NCBI RefSeq assembly: GCF_006345805.1
Contig: NW_021834069.1
Coordinates: 1-26,719, forward strand
Length of the DNA stretch: 26,719 nt
Source of the DNA: Octopus sinensis
Lineage: Eukaryota
Direction of reading: 5' to 3'
Below are positions 20,397 through 26,719 of the stretch, piece by piece. The notes beneath the pieces are model-generated. The model did no database searches, was not told the DNA's origin, and worked only from the letters and a program-made list of their open reading frames with translations. Position 1 is the first letter of the stretch; every line of letters starts with the position of its first letter. A program made the position numbers and the translations under genes.

Positions 20397-20913
20397 CGAG
20401 GGTGAATCAAAAAGTAATGCCATTTTGTTTAGGACAAAACGAAGCTGGTCCTCTGTGGGTCACATCCCTACTTCTCAACATAGTTACCGTTTCCCTCAAT
20501 AGCAATATTTCACTTTCGAATGAGAGCGTGCATCCCTGCTCTGTAAAATCCTGCTGACTGTTCTATGATCCACCTCTTCACTCCCTCCTCACTCACGAGA
20601 TTTAGCGCCTTCAGACTATTGTCTCTTCGGCACCACGAAAGAGGGTTTGAGAGGCAAACGTTATTCCAGTGACGCGGAAATGAAAACTGTAGTGAAGAAG
20701 GAGCTCAAAAAATAGTCAACAGAACTTTACGGGGCAGGGATACATGCTCTCATTCGAAGGTGGAACATTGCTATTGAGAGAAACGGTGACTATTTTGAGA
20801 AGTAGGGATGTGATCCACAGAGGACCAGCTTCATTTTGATGTATGATAATGCTCCTGTGTTGGTAATTATACCTGTCCTTAACAAAATGGCATTACTTTT
20901 TGACTCACCCTCG
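20397..20913. mobile_element. Mariner-derived foldback MITE, copy B (both TIRs intact)
   Basis: ~39-bp TIRs, TA TSD 20395-20396 / 20914-20915; both arms derive from the transposase 3' end. Confidence 0.9.
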
Positions 20914-20930
20914 TATAACATAAAAGCAAA

Positions 20931-22595
<1,665 letters not shown>

Positions 22596-22631
22596 AAGCG
22601 GTGATGGGGTGAACAAACATAGATACAAAGG

Positions 22632-22673
<42 letters not shown>

Positions 22674-22834
22674 ACACACACCACATATATATATAATATA
22701 TACGACAGGCTCTTTTCAATTACCGTCTATCAAATCCACTCACCAGGCTTTTGTCAGCCTGAAGCTATAGTAGAAGACACTTGCCCAAGGACTGAACCCG
22801 GAAACATGTGACTGGGAAGCAAGCTTCTTTCCAC
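22596..22834 (-). mobile_element. SINE (family of 1-105 / 25620-25920), internally deleted
   Basis: CCGTCTATCAAATCCACTCAC.AGGCTT...AGAAGACACTTGCCCAAGG|GACTGAACCCGG. Confidence 0.75.
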
Positions 22835-22965
22835 GTTACCACACATATACATATATATGTACACACACACACACATCAATATCTGTGTATATATATATAT
22901 ATATATGTACACACCACACACACATCTATATCTGTGTATATATATATATATATATATATAATTAA

Positions 22966-23585
22966 TAATAAGGGTGAGAGAAATTAGATACTAATTTAAT
23001 AGTATCTATTCAATTCAACACCAAGTGGCCTAGTGCTCCGAGAAACCTGGATTATTATAATATTTTATAATATATTATAATATTTTTACAAAATAAAATA
23101 TAAGAGAGTGGTCACTATATGGCTCACTCTAGCACCAGTTAATCCAAAAGGTTTCAACCACAAAATACATGTTTCCCATGAAAGTCAGTACGATTGTTAG
23201 CTCACACGGACAGGGCAAATAAAAATACAAAATACAGATTATTTTGGGACAATTGTTTCGCTATTAATGAATTAAATGTAATTTTACTTACAAAAAAATC
23301 CACTTGTAGCTCGTCAGCCAAAACTATCTGGATGAAATCCACTCAATCACACGCTAGATTGACGAGCTACAAGTGGATTTTTTTGTAAGTAAAATTACAT
23401 TTAATTCATTAATAGCGAAACAATTGTCCCAAAATAATCTGTATTTTTGTTATTTTTTATTTGCCCTGTCCGTGTGAGCTACAATCGTACTGACTTTCAT
23501 GGGAAACATGTTTTTTGTGGTTGAAACCTTTTGGATTAACTGGTGCTAGAGTGAGCCTATAGTGACCACTCTCTTATATTTATTT

Positions 23586-23586
<1 letters not shown>
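22966..23586 (-). mobile_element. PLE pLTR-like element with 227-bp inverted arms (foldback), between (TA)n runs
   Basis: ~23090-23316 is the near-perfect reverse complement of 23360-23586; 43-bp spacer; 8-bp hairpin AGATACTA/TAGTATCT near 22991. Confidence 0.85.
23237..23328 (-). ncRNA. Type I hammerhead ribozyme, canonical core
   Basis: GAUAG-UUUUGG-CUGACGA-GCUA(43 nt)UAGC-GAA-ACAAUUGU-C-CCAAAA-UAAUC; predicted cleavage between 23248 and 23247. Confidence 0.85.
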
Positions 23587-23629
<43 letters not shown>

Positions 23630-23661
23630 CATCTATATCTGTATATATATATATATATATC

Positions 23662-23741
<80 letters not shown>

Positions 23742-23789
23742 GTTAGGTCTTCTTTGTTCCCAGGTAACTGCATTAGCAGCGTGGTTAGA

Positions 23790-23900
23790 GCGCCGGACAT
23801 AAATCTTTGTTGTAATCATTCTAGGTTTTTTCGTTTTGGGTTCGATTATCGTCAAGGCTAATTTCATTTTTTATTCTTCAGGGTCGGTTGACTGGTGAAA
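23790..23900 (+). mobile_element. Old tRNA-derived SINE relic
   Basis: TAGCAGCGTGGTTAGAGCG (A box) ... GGGTTCGATT (B box). Confidence 0.45.
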
Positions 23901-24139
23901 TTGTTATAGCATCAGAGGGGACATTTCGCAGTATTGTTTCAGCTCTTTACGCTTTCATTTCAAATCCCACCATGACCTACACGACTTATAGACTTGATAC
24001 TTTGCTAAGTTAAGCATCACCAACAAGTATCTAGAGTATTTTTTGTTCTGTCCATTCTTTTACGAAGAGAAGAGGAAGAAGAGAAAAGGAAGAAGAAAAA
24101 AAGAAGGAAGAGAAGGAGGAGGGGAACAGAGGAACGACA

Positions 24140-24340
24140 GACCAACCCCTAGTGTACATTATCAACTGCAAGCGCCAACTGAATTAGTTGGGACATGTTG
24201 CAAGTCTCCCAAAGGACAGATTCACCAACCAAGCCCAGGATGAATCAGCACCAAGCGATCGACAGGGACCTTCAGCTGGTAAACCTAAGCTAGAACGATG
24301 CACTGAAGATGGCCGCCGACCTGCTCGAATATTTTGAGTA
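24140..24340 (+). pseudogene. RTE-type LINE ORF C-terminal relic
   Basis: IINCKRQLN*LGHVASLPKDRFTNQA resembles the RTE RRLRWLGHV.RM..DR motif. Confidence 0.55.
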
Positions 24341-24559
24341 CATCATGCGTCAGTGATTCCTCTCTCCTCTCTCCATCCTTTCCAAGCCCTGTAAGGGGTC
24401 ATTGTCATTGTCCGTCCATCTGACGAAGCGATAAAAACTTGAAATATTCTGGTCACGTGACTGTAGTACAAATTCATGTACTTTAATCACGTTAATATCA
24501 CGTGATTTGAGTTCAAATTCGATATATTGTAATGGCATAAGATTAACGGGTTATTTTCT

Positions 24560-25050
24560 AGAATATTCTGATTTATCAGTGTGTGGCATGGCCTAGCACC
24601 ACGGAGCCCCTTTCTCTAGGAAACGAAAGGAGCAGCATCTCATATTTGATCTTGGAACCCGACAGGTATGATTGAACGTTTTTCTCATTCATCCTTTCAT
24701 CTCCTCTTAATTCTCTTTTACTTTTTTAATCCTCCTTCCACCTTTTCTCTGCAATATTCCCGTGGTTACTCACCTTCACTCTCTCCATTACCCTTTTCTT
24801 CTCCCTTTCTGCAGGCCCTCGCCTATAACTTCTGTTTCATGTTAGCAGCACTTCTACGTCCATTACTTGTTGCAGTCAGTTTTTCAAGCTGAGATGTAAA
24901 TCTCTGTCCGTCTTTCTTCAACTTCTCTTTTTCTCTGACGTTTCTCTGAAACGTTGGATATTCTACTCCTCCCAGCAAGTTCACTGACCCCTTTCACTTC
25001 TTTCTATATATTTTCAAGTCTTGCCGACGCTACACACAATTCCTTGCATT
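24560..25050 (+). mobile_element. Old PLE relic: GIY-YIG C-terminus plus pyrimidine-rich pLTR
   Basis: DLSVCG..HHG..SRKRKEQHLIFDLGT; HHR-like remnant CTGACG..GAAACGTT at 24935-24955. Confidence 0.5.
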
Positions 25051-25056
25051 TTCCTG

Positions 25057-25093
<37 letters not shown>

Positions 25094-25288
25094 CAAGAGA
25101 GGTAGAGGTTGTGAATCTAACCAACTAAGGGATAACATCTATCCAATATACTGCTGACAGAATACCCAATTATGTGTGTATATTCTTGTAATTGTCGTTT
25201 TAGTAAATAAATAAATAAATAAATTGACATAATATAACGTCTAAATGTTGATGAATACCACCTATTGATCCCCTCCATTTTCTTATTG

Positions 25289-25326
<38 letters not shown>

Positions 25327-25327
<1 letters not shown>

Positions 25328-25505
25328 GGAGAATTCACAAAAACAAAAAAGACGAAGAGAAGTAGTGTAGAATACAAACAGATGTATTAGTTTAACGCTC
25401 GGGAAGTGAAAAAGTCTTTAATGTTTCGAGCCTATGCTTTTCCACAGAAAGGAACACAAAGAAACAAGGAGAGAAAATAAAGAATGTGTAGTGGCTAGCG
25501 ATCTA
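25327..25505 (-). mobile_element. pLTR-like repeat with hammerhead-like relic
   Basis: Minus 25451-25416: CUUU-CUGUGGA-A-AAGC(AUAG)GCUC-GAA-ACAU-U-AAAG; flanked by (TA)n and (CA)n. Confidence 0.4.
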
Positions 25506-25508
25506 TCA

Positions 25509-25555
<47 letters not shown>

Positions 25556-25619
25556 TACACCCACACACACGCACACACACACACTCACACACGCACACAC
25601 ACACACACACATACACATA

Positions 25620-25920
25620 TAGGTGCTTGCTTACCAACCACATGGTTACAGGTTCAGTCCCACTGCATGGCACCTTGGGCAAGTGACTTCTACGACGATC
25701 AAAACATTGTGGGTGGGTTTGGTAGACGGAAACTGAAAGAAGCCTGCATATGTATATATATATATATATGTATATGTTTGTGTGTCTGTGTTTGTAACCC
25801 CACCATCGATTGACAACCGATGTCGGTGTGTTTACGTCTCCGTAACTTCGCGGTTCGGCAAAAGTGGACGACAGAATAAGTACTAGGCTTACAAAAAATA
25901 AGTCCTGGGGTCGATTTGTA
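25620..25920 (+). mobile_element. tRNA-derived SINE with CORE-like GCACCTTGGGCAAGT segment and composite tail
   Basis: GGTTCAGTCCC B box, CACCTTGGGCAAGT, GGTAGACGGAAACTGAAAGAAGCC, then microsatellite and a second segment ending CTGGGGTCGATTTG. Confidence 0.8.
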
Positions 25921-26005
25921 TATATATATGAATATAAATATATATATATATATATATAAATAAAAGGATAAAAAAGAATAAAAGAATATATATATAATCA
26001 GTTAT

Positions 26006-26232
26006 CTTTTACTTGTTTCAGTCATTAGACCGTGGCCATGCTGGAGCATTGCCTCGAAGAATTATAGTCGAATGTATCGATACAAGTACTTATCTTTCTT
26101 AAGCCTGGTACTTATTCTATCGATATCATTTAGCGAAGCGCTAAGTCACGTGGACTGAAACATACCAACACCGGCTGTCAAGCGGTGGAGGAGGGACAAA
26201 CACAAACTCACATACATAGATATATACATATA

Positions 26233-26328
<96 letters not shown>

Positions 26329-26490
26329 TTATCTATCTATATACGACGGGATTCTTTCAGTTTCCGTCTACCAAATTCACTCACAAGGCTTTAGTCGACT
26401 CGAGGATATAATAGAAGACACTCGCCAAAGTCCCAGACAGTGGGACTGAACCCAGAACCATGCGGCTGGGAGGCAAGCTTCTTACCCCAA
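26006..26490 (-). mobile_element. Composite SINE (same family, minus strand) with CR1-like 3' tail
   Basis: Head at ~26345-26490, internal (TATC)n, tail CTTTTACTTGTTTCAGTCATTAGACCGTGGCCATGCTGGAGCA at 26006-26050. Confidence 0.8.
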
Positions 26491-26530
26491 AGAACACTAG
26501 CGGCTATATATCATATACCACATATATATA

Positions 26531-26596
<66 letters not shown>

Positions 26597-26719
26597 TGTG
26601 TGTGTGTGTGTGTGTAAAGTTATGAAGAAAAACAACTTTACATTAAAGTGAAACATTACTCTAGATTTATTGCGGAGTACACATTATTCATTAAATTAAT
26701 GTCAACACCATTATTCTTT

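Overview
Eukaryotic, AT-rich, microsatellite-saturated genomic DNA. The SINE families, mariner/RTE/R4/CR1/Tx1/Penelope-like (PLE) relics and (TA)n/(TATC)n/(TAA)n arrays point to an Octopus-like coleoid cephalopod; this is inferred from repeat style, not searched. Nearly all listed ORFs are microsatellite artefacts or broken transposon genes. One candidate host gene stands out: a single-exon, minus-strand, 95-aa secreted precursor (14038-14325). It has a signal peptide, a CC-x5-C-x3-C peptide, dibasic cleavage sites, a CAAA-ATG start context and an upstream CRE + TATA-like + Inr promoter. The window also hides several different type I hammerhead ribozyme (HHR) folds, mostly with palindromic stem III. 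These lie in a 240-bp element inserted in (TA)n (19018-19257), a 227-bp-arm foldback (22966-23586), both inverted terminal repeats of a Penelope element (11151-13694), and several relics. Other structure includes a ~3-kb direct duplication (62-3008 vs 17733-21034), a full-length but frameshifted mariner (9539-10818), and a 146-bp satellite interrupted by a CR1-like LINE with an 8-bp TSD. All alignments, folds and coordinates were read by eye; fuzzy boundaries may be off by several bases.
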